Positions 8,401-16,737 of a stretch of 64,000 bases of DNA are shown one piece after another. Within the stretch, counting starts at the first letter, position 1; each line of letters starts with the position of its first letter. The translations under genes and the position numbers were made by a program. The notes under the pieces are model-generated. The model was not told the DNA's origin. It did no database searches and saw only the letters and a list, made by a program, of their open reading frames with translations. The DNA is from Candidatus Omnitrophota bacterium (GTDB lineage: Bacteria; Omnitrophota; Gorgyraeia; Pluralincolimonadales; Pluralincolimonadaceae), in contig JBAZJG010000002.1 of assembly GCA_041651455.1 (NCBI GenBank), positions 49,431 through 113,430 on the forward strand, in the 5' to 3' direction.

Positions 8401-9825
8401 ATGAAAAATAATAAAATTACGGCACATGAGAGGGGCAGCATAGGCGAGATGGTCGCCATCGCGCTGCCGATGGTCGTTTCGGCGTCCTGCGACACGATAA
8501 TGGTCTTTACCGACCGTCTTTTCCTGTCGCGGCTCGGGCCGGAGATGATGAACGCCGCTATGGGCGGCGGCCTGACGTCTTTTATGATGATGTCTTTCTT
8601 CCTCGGCCTTACGGGATATTCGACGGCGCTGGTTGCGCAATATCTCGGGGCAGGGAGGAAGAGGAACTGCGCGGGCGTCATATCGCAGGCGGCCATAATC
8701 TCGCTCGCGGCTTATCCTATAATACTGGCGCTCCGCCCTCTTGGACACATGCTGTTCGAGGCGGCGGGGACCGCGCCGTCCCAGCTTGTCCCGCAGAAAC
8801 TGTATTTCAATATACTGCTATGGGCGTCCGTAATAGGCCTGTTGAGGAACTCGATCAGCTCGTTCTTCTCCGGGACCGGGCGGACCGCCGTCGTGATGGC
8901 GTCTTCGCTGACCGCGATGGTCGTCAACGTCTGCCTGAATTATGTGCTGATATACGGCAAGTTCGGCGTGCCGGCCATGGGCATCCGCGGCGCGGCGTAC
9001 GGGACCGTCGCCGGAGGCCTCTGCGGCCTTGCCGTGCTCGCCGCTGTGTACTTCAGCAAGGAGAACCTCAAGGAGTTCCACATACCGGAAGCCCTGCGTT
9101 TCGACAGGGCAGTGATGAAAAAGCTCCTGCGCCTCGGGTCTTCGGTCGGCGCGGAGATGTTCCTGAATATCCTCGCGTTCAATACGATGGTCTTCATATT
9201 CTATTCGCGCGGCCCGGTGACAGCGACCGCCGCGACGGTCATGTTCAACTGGGATATGGTCTCGTTCGTCCCGCTTATCGGCGTGGAGATAGGGGTCACC
9301 AGTTTAGTCGGGCGCTGCATGGGCGCCGGCGACCCGGCTACCGCGCAGCGTTCGGTGCAATCGGGGCTGAAGCTCGGGCTGGCCTATTCGGCCGTCATCC
9401 TGGTGTTGTTCGCGGGGTTCCCCGGCATGCTCGTTAAGGTCTTCCGGCCCGAGGTCGCGGACAACATCTTCGCGGCCGCGGAGCCGACGGCCGTCTTCAT
9501 GGTGAGGCTCGCCTCGCTGTATGTGCTTGTCGAGGCCCTGCTCGTCGTGTATATCGGAGCGCTGAGGGGCGCGGGGGATACTCTATGGGCGATGGGGATG
9601 TCCGTGACGATGCATTGGGCGTCGGCAGGCGTCCTTGCGCTGATGTTGTCGACCGCAGGGGCCACGGCGGAAACCGCGTGGACGGTAATGGTGGCGATGT
9701 TCATACTTTTCTCAGGTATCGTCATCATGAGGTACAGGAGCGGCAAGTGGAAGTCGATAAAGGTCGTGCACCCGGAGCCGGTACTGATACCGGGCGAAAG
9801 TTTTCATGAAACGCCCGACATTTAA
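8401..9825 (+). CDS. MATE family multidrug efflux transporter
   Basis: 12-TM profile and MATE-like N-terminal motifs ([26 protein letters not shown]). Confidence 0.85.
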   Translation: MKNNKITAHERGSIGEMVAIALPMVVSASCDTIMVFTDRLFLSRLGPEMMNAAMGGGLTSFMMMSFFLGLTGYSTALVAQYLGAGRKRNCAGVISQAAIISLAAYPIILALRPLGHMLFEAAGTAPSQLVPQKLYFNILLWASVIGLLRNSISSFFSGTGRTAVVMASSLTAMVVNVCLNYVLIYGKFGVPAMGIRGAAYGTVAGGLCGLAVLAAVYFSKENLKEFHIPEALRFDRAVMKKLLRLGSSVGAEMFLNILAFNTMVFIFYSRGPVTATAATVMFNWDMVSFVPLIGVEIGVTSLVGRCMGAGDPATAQRSVQSGLKLGLAYSAVILVLFAGFPGMLVKVFRPEVADNIFAAAEPTAVFMVRLASLYVLVEALLVVYIGALRGAGDTLWAMGMSVTMHWASAGVLALMLSTAGATAETAWTVMVAMFILFSGIVIMRYRSGKWKSIKVVHPEPVLIPGESFHETPDI

Positions 9826-9860
9826 TGGTGTATAATAAGGAAAAAAGGAGAGCGGCTAAG

Positions 9861-10409
9861 ATGAAAAGGTCAATCGTTGCGGCGGCGATCATGGCGGCAT
9901 TTTTATTCATAAACACGAACGGAGGAGCGTTTGCTATGGAAGGAAAGACCGTAGTGCTGGAGACGACGCAGGGGAATATCGAGATAGAACTAATGCCCGG
10001 AATCGCGCCGAAAACATGCGAGAACTTCACGACGCTGGTCGAGAAGGGCTATTATAACGGCATAACATTCCACAGGGTAATAAAGGGCTTCATGATACAG
10101 GGCGGAGACCCGACGGGCACGGGAAGGGGCGGCGAGTCGTGCTGGGGCAAGCCGTTCGAGGACGAGGTAAGCAAGGACGTCGTCTTCGACAAGCCCGGGA
10201 TACTCGCGATGGCGAACGCCGGGCCGTGCACGAACGGAAGCCAGTTCTTTATCACGACGATTCCCACGCCGTGGCTTAACGGCAAGCACACGATATTCGG
10301 GAAGGTGACGGCCGGATACGACGTCGTACAGAAGATAGAGAACACGCCTACCGGCAAGTTCGACAAGCCGAAAACGGAACAGAAGATAATAAAGGCATAT
10401 ATTAAATGA
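9861..10409 (+). CDS. Peptidyl-prolyl cis-trans isomerase, cyclophilin type (secreted)
   Basis: Cyclophilin signature [23 protein letters not shown]. Signal peptide starts at the ATG at 9861, which has an AAGGAG Shine-Dalgarno; the track's start at 9825 adds 12 aa with no Shine-Dalgarno. Confidence 0.9.
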   Translation: MKRSIVAAAIMAAFLFINTNGGAFAMEGKTVVLETTQGNIEIELMPGIAPKTCENFTTLVEKGYYNGITFHRVIKGFMIQGGDPTGTGRGGESCWGKPFEDEVSKDVVFDKPGILAMANAGPCTNGSQFFITTIPTPWLNGKHTIFGKVTAGYDVVQKIENTPTGKFDKPKTEQKIIKAYIK

Positions 10410-11296
10410 ATCCCGACGAGAGCAGCCAGTCGTACGCGGCGGGCGTATCGTTCTGGGGCTCTATAGCCCTTTTCGCCGTCTCGGCGGCGGCGGGCCTCGC
10501 GGTCGATTCCGTTACGCTACTGCTGGACGCTTCGGCAAGCCTCGTAATACTGGTCGTCGCGTTCATGATGAACTCGACGATAAAGAAGATACACAGCCCG
10601 CCCGATGAGATATTCAATTTCGGCTACGAGAAATACGAGCCGTTCACGGTCGTCATCCAGGGCGCACTGATAATCACCACCTGCGTAATAAGCATGAAGT
10701 TCGCCCTGCAGGACATACTGCACCATGAGGACATAAAGAATTACCAGATACCCCTGATCGCGTCCGGAATATCGGTGGTGGTGGGGACGTTCATAGCCGT
10801 ATTCATCGGGATCACCGCTAAAAGGACCCGTTCCTCGATGATGCATGCCGCGAGCATGCACTGGTTCATAGATACCGGGATGTCGGTAGGCATGTTAGGC
10901 GGTTTCTACCTGGGCTCTGTTCTGAAGCAGAGGGGTTATACCGAAATAACCCCGTTCATCGACCCCGCGATGGCGATAATGCTGGCGCTGGTCTTTATAC
11001 TGCCGCCTTTAAAGGCCATGAGGAGGAACCTTCTCGAGCTCCTCGACGCGGTCCCGTCCAGGGAGATAAGGGACAGGGTAAGGAAGGTGGTCGACGAATA
11101 CAAGCCGAAGATGTTCGGAGTCCACAGGGTCAGGACGAGGAAGGCGGGCGAGAAGGTTTTCGTTGAGGTGTGCTTCATAGTGAAGGAGAACATGACCCTG
11201 AATGAAGCCGAGGCGATCGCCTCGGCCTTCGAGAAGGACTTAAAGACCCACCTGCACCATATCGACGCAGTAGTCTACTTCAAGCCTACAAAATAG
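10406..11296 (+). CDS. Cation diffusion facilitator (CDF) family transporter
   Basis: Six TM segments plus a C-terminal cytoplasmic domain. Typical CDF layout ([14 protein letters not shown]...; [13 protein letters not shown]). Confidence 0.85.
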   Translation: MNPDESSQSYAAGVSFWGSIALFAVSAAAGLAVDSVTLLLDASASLVILVVAFMMNSTIKKIHSPPDEIFNFGYEKYEPFTVVIQGALIITTCVISMKFALQDILHHEDIKNYQIPLIASGISVVVGTFIAVFIGITAKRTRSSMMHAASMHWFIDTGMSVGMLGGFYLGSVLKQRGYTEITPFIDPAMAIMLALVFILPPLKAMRRNLLELLDAVPSREIRDRVRKVVDEYKPKMFGVHRVRTRKAGEKVFVEVCFIVKENMTLNEAEAIASAFEKDLKTHLHHIDAVVYFKPTK

Positions 11297-11309
11297 CAAA
11301 AATTCACCC

Positions 11310-11338
11310 TTGACGGAGCGTGCCTTAAGTGGTATATA
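11310..11338 (+). promoter_or_regulatory. Sigma70-type promoter: -35 TTGACG (11310-11315), 17-nt spacer, extended -10 TGgTATATA (11330-11338)
   Basis: Read from the sequence. The ATG at 11345 is 7 nt after the -10 box, implying a leaderless mRNA. Confidence 0.5.
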
Positions 11339-11344
11339 AAAGGT

Positions 11345-13810
11345 ATGCTCTGGTGCATACAGGTATATAACAGGAACAGGCGCGGCGCGGCCCTGATAAT
11401 GACGGTGGGGGTGCTCAGCATGCTCGTGCTCATAGGCGTCTCTTTCGCCGCCACCACGCAGGCCGTATACAGGCAGGCAAGGAATTACTCAAACTCCGTG
11501 AAGGCAAGATATCTCGCCGAAGCGGGTATAGCGAGGGCGGTGGCCGAGCTCCGCTGCGGAGCGGAAGGGGCGGTATCGGACGCGGTAGATACGCAGGCGG
11601 AGGGCTGGTATGCGGGATATTCCGCCGCTCTCGGCGGCGGCAGGTACCAGGTAAGCGGCACGGATTGCGCGGCGAGAATATATATAAACGATACCAACCC
11701 TAACCTCAGCGCCATGCTTGAAAACCTCACGGCGGCCCTCATATCCATGGGCGAGCCGCTTTCAGCCGGGGACGGCGCCGCGATAGTGTCGAACCGGCCG
11801 GCCGAAGGTTATATGAGCGAGCAGGAGGTGGAAGAGCCGTTCAGGCCCTACGTCACAGTCAGGGCGTTCCGGGATACGGCCGTCTATTCGAACGCTTCGC
11901 CTTTTCCGGCCGTACCGAGGGCGCCCGTAAACGTAAATACCGCTTCCAAGCCGGTGCTAAAGGCCGTCCTGTCCGGGATAGAAGCGACGCATACGTGCCC
12001 AAGGTGCGGAGGCGACGGGACGATATTCGCCGCAAGCGCGTGCCCGGATTGCGGAGGGACCGGCGGCCTCAGGATCACCCCCGCTGAAGCGGACGCGCTC
12101 GCGGACTACATAATCGCGAACCGCCCGTATTCGACATGGGGCCAATTCTACGGTTCGATAAAATCCTGCGCAAGTATGGGCGCGCAGGACGCGGACCTTG
12201 TGATGGCGAACGCGAACCCGAACGCGGGATTCGCGCCGGGGGCGCGCAATTACGGCTGGGCGTGCGGCGCGGGGCGTATCGGCAAGTATATAGACCCGGC
12301 GGACAACGGCCGCGGCCTTACAACCCACACGACGGAATTCTGTTTCAATTCGGGGGGATATTACGATATCGTCTCGACCGGGACGATAGAAGTGGGCGCG
12401 GGGACGGCCGCGGCTTCCAGGAGCATAAGGTCTGTCGTGAAGATATTCGATATATGGAGGCAGACCGCGCAGTCGGAATTCCAGTCGGGCGCCATGAGCG
12501 GCCTGCAGAGCTATCCGGAGCCGATAGGCGCGGGCATAGCGCCGGCGGCGTTCGACGGGCAGTTGATGCTCGCGACTAACGAGGACTCGTCCACCGCCAA
12601 TACGCTGCTGAGGGCAAGTTTCAACGACGGGCTCGACCTCGATTCGGCGGCGAATGCGAATATCGTCAGGGATCCCGCGAGCACCTGCTCCGTAGGGAGC
12701 GTCACTGATACGTCGGATCCGGGCAGTTTACTTCCGGACGGCGTATTCGTGAACAAAAAGTCCAACGATTACATATCGTTCATGGAGAGCTGGAGCGGCA
12801 CCTATAACATGGCGAAGGCGGACATGGGGACGCTTTCGCTCTGGGTCAAAGTCGTATCCGGCGGAGAGGTGTATTCGGGTATGAGCTTCTCCGGCTACGA
12901 GATAGATACGTACGGCAACGGCCACACGGACGGCGGCCCGCCGTGGGATTTTTCGCTGTTCGAGATACACCCGAGCGGCTTCATTCCCGGCTCTCCGTTC
13001 GGCGACTGGAACTGGTGGAGGCCCGGCTACGCGAACAGGACGGAGGTATGGTTCTACGAGCAGTGGGACGCGGCCCTGCCCGAGAGGCCTATCGGATTTA
13101 TCGGGTTCCAGGAGGTCGGAAGCGGCATCGGCGGAGGCAACGTCTCGCAGATAATGAGCACAGGCCGCGCGAGGAAGAACTGGGCGCCGGGCACGTGGCA
13201 CCATGTCGTCTTCACGTATGAATTGAGCAATCCAGCCGACCCGAACTGCATGACGGGGACGAAGAAGATATACATAGACGGCGCTGAGCCCCCGCATTAC
13301 GCCTATGATACGATATACCACCGGCTCAACGGGGACGTCCGCGACATTACCCTCGGCACGTCGGACATCAACAACAGCCATTCAGACGGCACCTATATAA
13401 TAGACGAGTTCAGGTCGGAGCACGCCTGCGCGACGGCCGCGCAGGTCATGGCGGAATTCGCTTCCGGCAGGTATTACGATAACAGCGACGCGGAATTCAC
13501 GTCGTCTGCGTTCAACGCGGGCACGGCGCGCATAGGCACGGTATCGTGGACGGAATACATGCCCGCGAGCGTCGCCGGAGGCGATATACAATTCGATATA
13601 GACAACGGCTCGGGGTGGCTCGGCGGGTATGCCGCGCGCAACAACCCCGCGGGATCCCCCGTTGGCGCGATGACCGCCGGGACGAACCTTATAAGGTACA
13701 AGGCGTATTTCGTGAATTCGGGCACGGGGCTTACCGATACCCCGGTCCTCGATGACGTGACCGTTACCTATTTAAAAAGGGCGGAAATACTGTACTCAAG
13801 GGAGGAATGA
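11345..13810 (+). CDS. GspK/PilX-like minor pseudopilin with a CxxC-x13-CxxC zinc-ribbon insert and a large concanavalin/LamG-like C-terminal region (821 aa)
   Basis: The N-terminus RRGAALIMTVGVLSMLVLIGVSFAA...ARYLAEAGIARAV resembles GspK. A helix-hairpin-helix PVNVNTASKPVLKAVLSGI as in GspK. Zinc-ribbon insert HTCPRCGGDG...CPDCGGTG. Confidence 0.6.
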   Translation: MLWCIQVYNRNRRGAALIMTVGVLSMLVLIGVSFAATTQAVYRQARNYSNSVKARYLAEAGIARAVAELRCGAEGAVSDAVDTQAEGWYAGYSAALGGGRYQVSGTDCAARIYINDTNPNLSAMLENLTAALISMGEPLSAGDGAAIVSNRPAEGYMSEQEVEEPFRPYVTVRAFRDTAVYSNASPFPAVPRAPVNVNTASKPVLKAVLSGIEATHTCPRCGGDGTIFAASACPDCGGTGGLRITPAEADALADYIIANRPYSTWGQFYGSIKSCASMGAQDADLVMANANPNAGFAPGARNYGWACGAGRIGKYIDPADNGRGLTTHTTEFCFNSGGYYDIVSTGTIEVGAGTAAASRSIRSVVKIFDIWRQTAQSEFQSGAMSGLQSYPEPIGAGIAPAAFDGQLMLATNEDSSTANTLLRASFNDGLDLDSAANANIVRDPASTCSVGSVTDTSDPGSLLPDGVFVNKKSNDYISFMESWSGTYNMAKADMGTLSLWVKVVSGGEVYSGMSFSGYEIDTYGNGHTDGGPPWDFSLFEIHPSGFIPGSPFGDWNWWRPGYANRTEVWFYEQWDAALPERPIGFIGFQEVGSGIGGGNVSQIMSTGRARKNWAPGTWHHVVFTYELSNPADPNCMTGTKKIYIDGAEPPHYAYDTIYHRLNGDVRDITLGTSDINNSHSDGTYIIDEFRSEHACATAAQVMAEFASGRYYDNSDAEFTSSAFNAGTARIGTVSWTEYMPASVAGGDIQFDIDNGSGWLGGYAARNNPAGSPVGAMTAGTNLIRYKAYFVNSGTGLTDTPVLDDVTVTYLKRAEILYSREE

Positions 13811-13813
13811 CAG

Positions 13814-14659
13814 ATGAGATACTGGATGATATCGATTGCGCTGGTGCTTATGGCCGTGAATACGGTATCGGCGGAGACGGGATCGGCTGTCGAGGGCTAT
13901 AGCCCCGCGGTTCCTCTGCCTTCAAAAATACCCGCGGAAGCCGGGATAAAGATATCGAAAGCCGCGATAGATTTTTCCGGCGGCGAATACCGCGTAAAAG
14001 TCAGCGGCAGCACCGGCCTTCCCGACAAGGCGAGGATATACGTCTTCCTGAAGAAGGGGGAGTTCCCGCTGGACTGCAAGATCGCGCGCGCGGAAGGAGG
14101 CAGGTTCTCGGCGGAGCTCGGGCCATTCCGGGTAAAACTTCCGATAGGCATATATATCGTGGAGGCGTCGCTGACGGCCGCGGAAACATCCGGCGCGAAA
14201 GACGTATATCGTCTCGTGGCCGGTAACCCCGAAGACGCGGTAAAAGAGGAAGAGTCCGGCAGGGCCGCGGTCTCGGCAAGCCTGGCTTCGGTCAGCGCGC
14301 TGTATGATGAACTCGAGCAGAAGCGCGCGCAATACAAGGACAGTTTCGACCCGGCTGAATGGAGGAGATGGTCGGAAGGGTGGGCTGTCCGCCTCAGGAA
14401 CGAACAGCAAACGGTCGATAACAACATAAAGCCGCTGTTGGCCGGCGATTATTCGGGCCCCGGACAGGCGCTTTCGCAGCTGATAAGGGACCTCGACCAG
14501 CTCGGAAGGGTGTATTCGTCCGAACTGGACGGTGGCGGCATCAAGGATGCCTACCCGTATGCCTTCAGGGACCCCGCGCAGCTCAGGGCGGTCATCAACG
14601 AAAGCCTTAAAAATAGCAAAAAAGTCGTATTGACAAACTGTGGCCTAAATGGTATATGA
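13814..14659 (+). CDS. Hypothetical secreted protein (281 aa), likely co-transcribed with the GspK-like gene
   Basis: Signal peptide MRYWMISIALVLMAVNTVSA; starts 4 nt after the previous stop. Confidence 0.45.
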   Translation: MRYWMISIALVLMAVNTVSAETGSAVEGYSPAVPLPSKIPAEAGIKISKAAIDFSGGEYRVKVSGSTGLPDKARIYVFLKKGEFPLDCKIARAEGGRFSAELGPFRVKLPIGIYIVEASLTAAETSGAKDVYRLVAGNPEDAVKEEESGRAAVSASLASVSALYDELEQKRAQYKDSFDPAEWRRWSEGWAVRLRNEQQTVDNNIKPLLAGDYSGPGQALSQLIRDLDQLGRVYSSELDGGGIKDAYPYAFRDPAQLRAVINESLKNSKKVVLTNCGLNGI

Positions 14660-14688
14660 ATGGTATACTAATGGTATTAATTGGTATA
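14650..14688 (+). promoter_or_regulatory. Four phased TGGTAT(A/T) boxes at 14650, 14661, 14672 and 14682 (10-11 bp period), ending in TGgTATAGTATAAT
   Basis: Direct repeats read from the sequence, sitting between the stop of the upstream gene and the PEP-CTERM gene. Confidence 0.5.
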
Positions 14689-14710
14689 GTATAATCCCAC
14701 ACGAAAGGAG

Positions 14711-15466
14711 GTGAAAAGATTGAAATATCTGATCGCATTGTTGGCATGCATGTTCGTATTCGCGGCTTCTCCCGAGGCCCACGCAGTCCTGAATTGGGCG
14801 GGAGAGGACACCGACGCGCCTTCTAACGCGCTGAACTGGAGCTACGGGTTCTCGCAGGGAGGCGACACGGTAGAGCTGGTCACGACGCCGGACGGCAACT
14901 GCGCGCCTTCGGTAACCACCGAAGCGCATTCGGGCGCCGAATCGGTCAAGTTCCACTGGACCCACACGAAGGACACGGTCAACTGGGGAACAAGGACAGC
15001 CCTGCAGGTTGGAAGCGACGGCAACGGCGGAGACAGCCTCGGCACCTCGATGATGTTCCACGATATCTCAACGGCGAGCAACCTGACCTTCTGGGTCAAG
15101 GGCGCGGTTGGCGGGGAACAGTTCAGGGTCGCCCTGAACAGCGGCTGGGAAGGATCGGCGTATCCGACCGACCAGACGAACCAGCTGCTCGTGAGCGGAG
15201 TGACAAGCTCATGGCAGCAGGTAGTGATGCCCCTGTCGGGATTCACGTACGATTTCCAGTACTCGGAGAATCCCGGCCCGATCGACCTGGCCCATTTGAC
15301 GGGCGTCAGGTTTGTCATAGAGTCGGGCGAGCCGACCGGCGAAGGGACGGTGTATATCGATGACATCTCGTTCGATACGCAGGCGGTCCCGGAACCCGCG
15401 AGCCTTCTTTTACTCGGCTCCGGCTTGAGCGGCATGTTGGTCTTTGTAAAGAAGCGTAAAGCATAA
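14711..15466 (+). CDS. Secreted CBM-like beta-sandwich domain protein with a C-terminal PEP-CTERM sorting signal
   Basis: Signal peptide. FWVKGAVGGEQFRVAL...IDDISF domain paralogous to those in the downstream glycoside hydrolase genes. C-terminus VPEPASLLLLGSGLSGMLVFVKKRKA. An alternative TTG start at 14720 has better Shine-Dalgarno spacing. Confidence 0.7.
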   Translation: MKRLKYLIALLACMFVFAASPEAHAVLNWAGEDTDAPSNALNWSYGFSQGGDTVELVTTPDGNCAPSVTTEAHSGAESVKFHWTHTKDTVNWGTRTALQVGSDGNGGDSLGTSMMFHDISTASNLTFWVKGAVGGEQFRVALNSGWEGSAYPTDQTNQLLVSGVTSSWQQVVMPLSGFTYDFQYSENPGPIDLAHLTGVRFVIESGEPTGEGTVYIDDISFDTQAVPEPASLLLLGSGLSGMLVFVKKRKA

Positions 15467-15521
15467 GCTCTCGTCCCCCAACGAGAAGGATCCGTCCGTC
15501 TCCCGAATCCTTTACGGCAGC

Positions 15522-15567
15522 TTGACAAATTCCCGCTATGTGGTATACATAAGGTATGGGTGGTATA
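15522..15567 (+). promoter_or_regulatory. Promoter for the regulator gene: -35 TTGACA (15522-15527), 16-nt spacer, TGgTATACA (15541-15549); second TGGTATATA box at 15561
   Basis: Read from the sequence. Confidence 0.45.
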
Positions 15568-15609
15568 TACCAATCCTAACCGAATATTGTATCTAAGAGG
15601 AGGCGGGAG

Positions 15610-16719
15610 ATGGACGGTAAGTTTGACAAGAAGAGGCCGATGCTCTTTTACCAGCAGTTCGCGGACATGATCAGGGACCAGATCAACAGGAACCGGTATA
15701 AACCGGGCGAATACATCCCTTCCGAAAGGCAGCTGAGCAAGGATTTCAAGCTCAACAGGATGACAGTCAGGAAGGGCATCGCGATGCTGGTGGAGGAAGG
15801 CCTGCTGCAGCCGTTCAGGGGGCGCGGGACTTTCGTTACGGGTTATCCCCAGCCCGGGAAGAAGACCCGGTCCAGGGATATCGGCTACGTCTTCATAAAG
15901 GATTTCAATTTTCCGCTTTCGAAGAATCCTTATTACACGGAGATCCTTGAAGGGGCGGAAGCCGAAGCTTCAAAACTGGATTATAAGTTCTTTCTAATGT
16001 CAGTAGATTACGATGAGAGCAAGCTCAGGGAGCTCGCGTCGCGCATAATCAGCGATAAGATAGGCGGGGCGGTCTTCGTAGGAAGGCTCGACGAGAAGGT
16101 CGAGGGGATAATAACCTCCCTCGCGAAACGCAAGATACCCGTCGTCGTCATAGACAGGTACGTGCCCTATAACGGCGTCAGCGCGGTGCTGACCGACAAC
16201 GCGAAGGGCGCGTATGACGCCGTGCAATACCTGGCTTCACTCGGCCACAGGGAAATAGGGTTCATAACGGGGCCGAAGTCGAACCAGGCGGTGCAGGAGA
16301 GGATCGGCGGATTCGAGAAAGCCGCCGGGGAACTCAAGCTCAAGGTGAAGGCGGAGCACACGGCCGAGAGCGACCTGCATATACACGGCGGATACCTCGC
16401 GATGAAGAAGATACTCGGGGCGCGCAAGTTCCCCACGGCGGTCTTCGCGATAAACGACGAGGCGGCGATAGGCGCGATGCGCGCGATACACGAGAAGGGG
16501 TTGAAAATCCCGAAGGACATATCGCTCGTAGGGTTCGACGACATCGAATGGGCCTCGCACACTATGCCCGGGCTTACTACCATCAAGATCTACAAAAAAG
16601 AGATCGGCGCCGCTGCCGTGAAGAAACTCACGGAGCAGATCGAGGATAAGGCCGCTCTACCGGTCAAGAACGTTATGCCGGTAAAGCTTGTCCTCAGGGA
16701 GAGCTGCGCCAATGCCTAA
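15610..16719 (+). CDS. Transcriptional regulator: GntR-type HTH N-terminus fused to a LacI/periplasmic-binding-protein-type sugar-binding domain
   Basis: HTH YIPSERQLSKDFKLNRMTVRKGIAMLVEEGLL. The C-terminal part has a LacI-like fold (VVVIDRY...AVFAINDEAAIGAMRAIHEKGLKIPKDISLVGFDD). Confidence 0.8.
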   Translation: MDGKFDKKRPMLFYQQFADMIRDQINRNRYKPGEYIPSERQLSKDFKLNRMTVRKGIAMLVEEGLLQPFRGRGTFVTGYPQPGKKTRSRDIGYVFIKDFNFPLSKNPYYTEILEGAEAEASKLDYKFFLMSVDYDESKLRELASRIISDKIGGAVFVGRLDEKVEGIITSLAKRKIPVVVIDRYVPYNGVSAVLTDNAKGAYDAVQYLASLGHREIGFITGPKSNQAVQERIGGFEKAAGELKLKVKAEHTAESDLHIHGGYLAMKKILGARKFPTAVFAINDEAAIGAMRAIHEKGLKIPKDISLVGFDDIEWASHTMPGLTTIKIYKKEIGAAAVKKLTEQIEDKAALPVKNVMPVKLVLRESCANA

Positions 16720-16737
16720 CATCTTGAGGAGATATAA

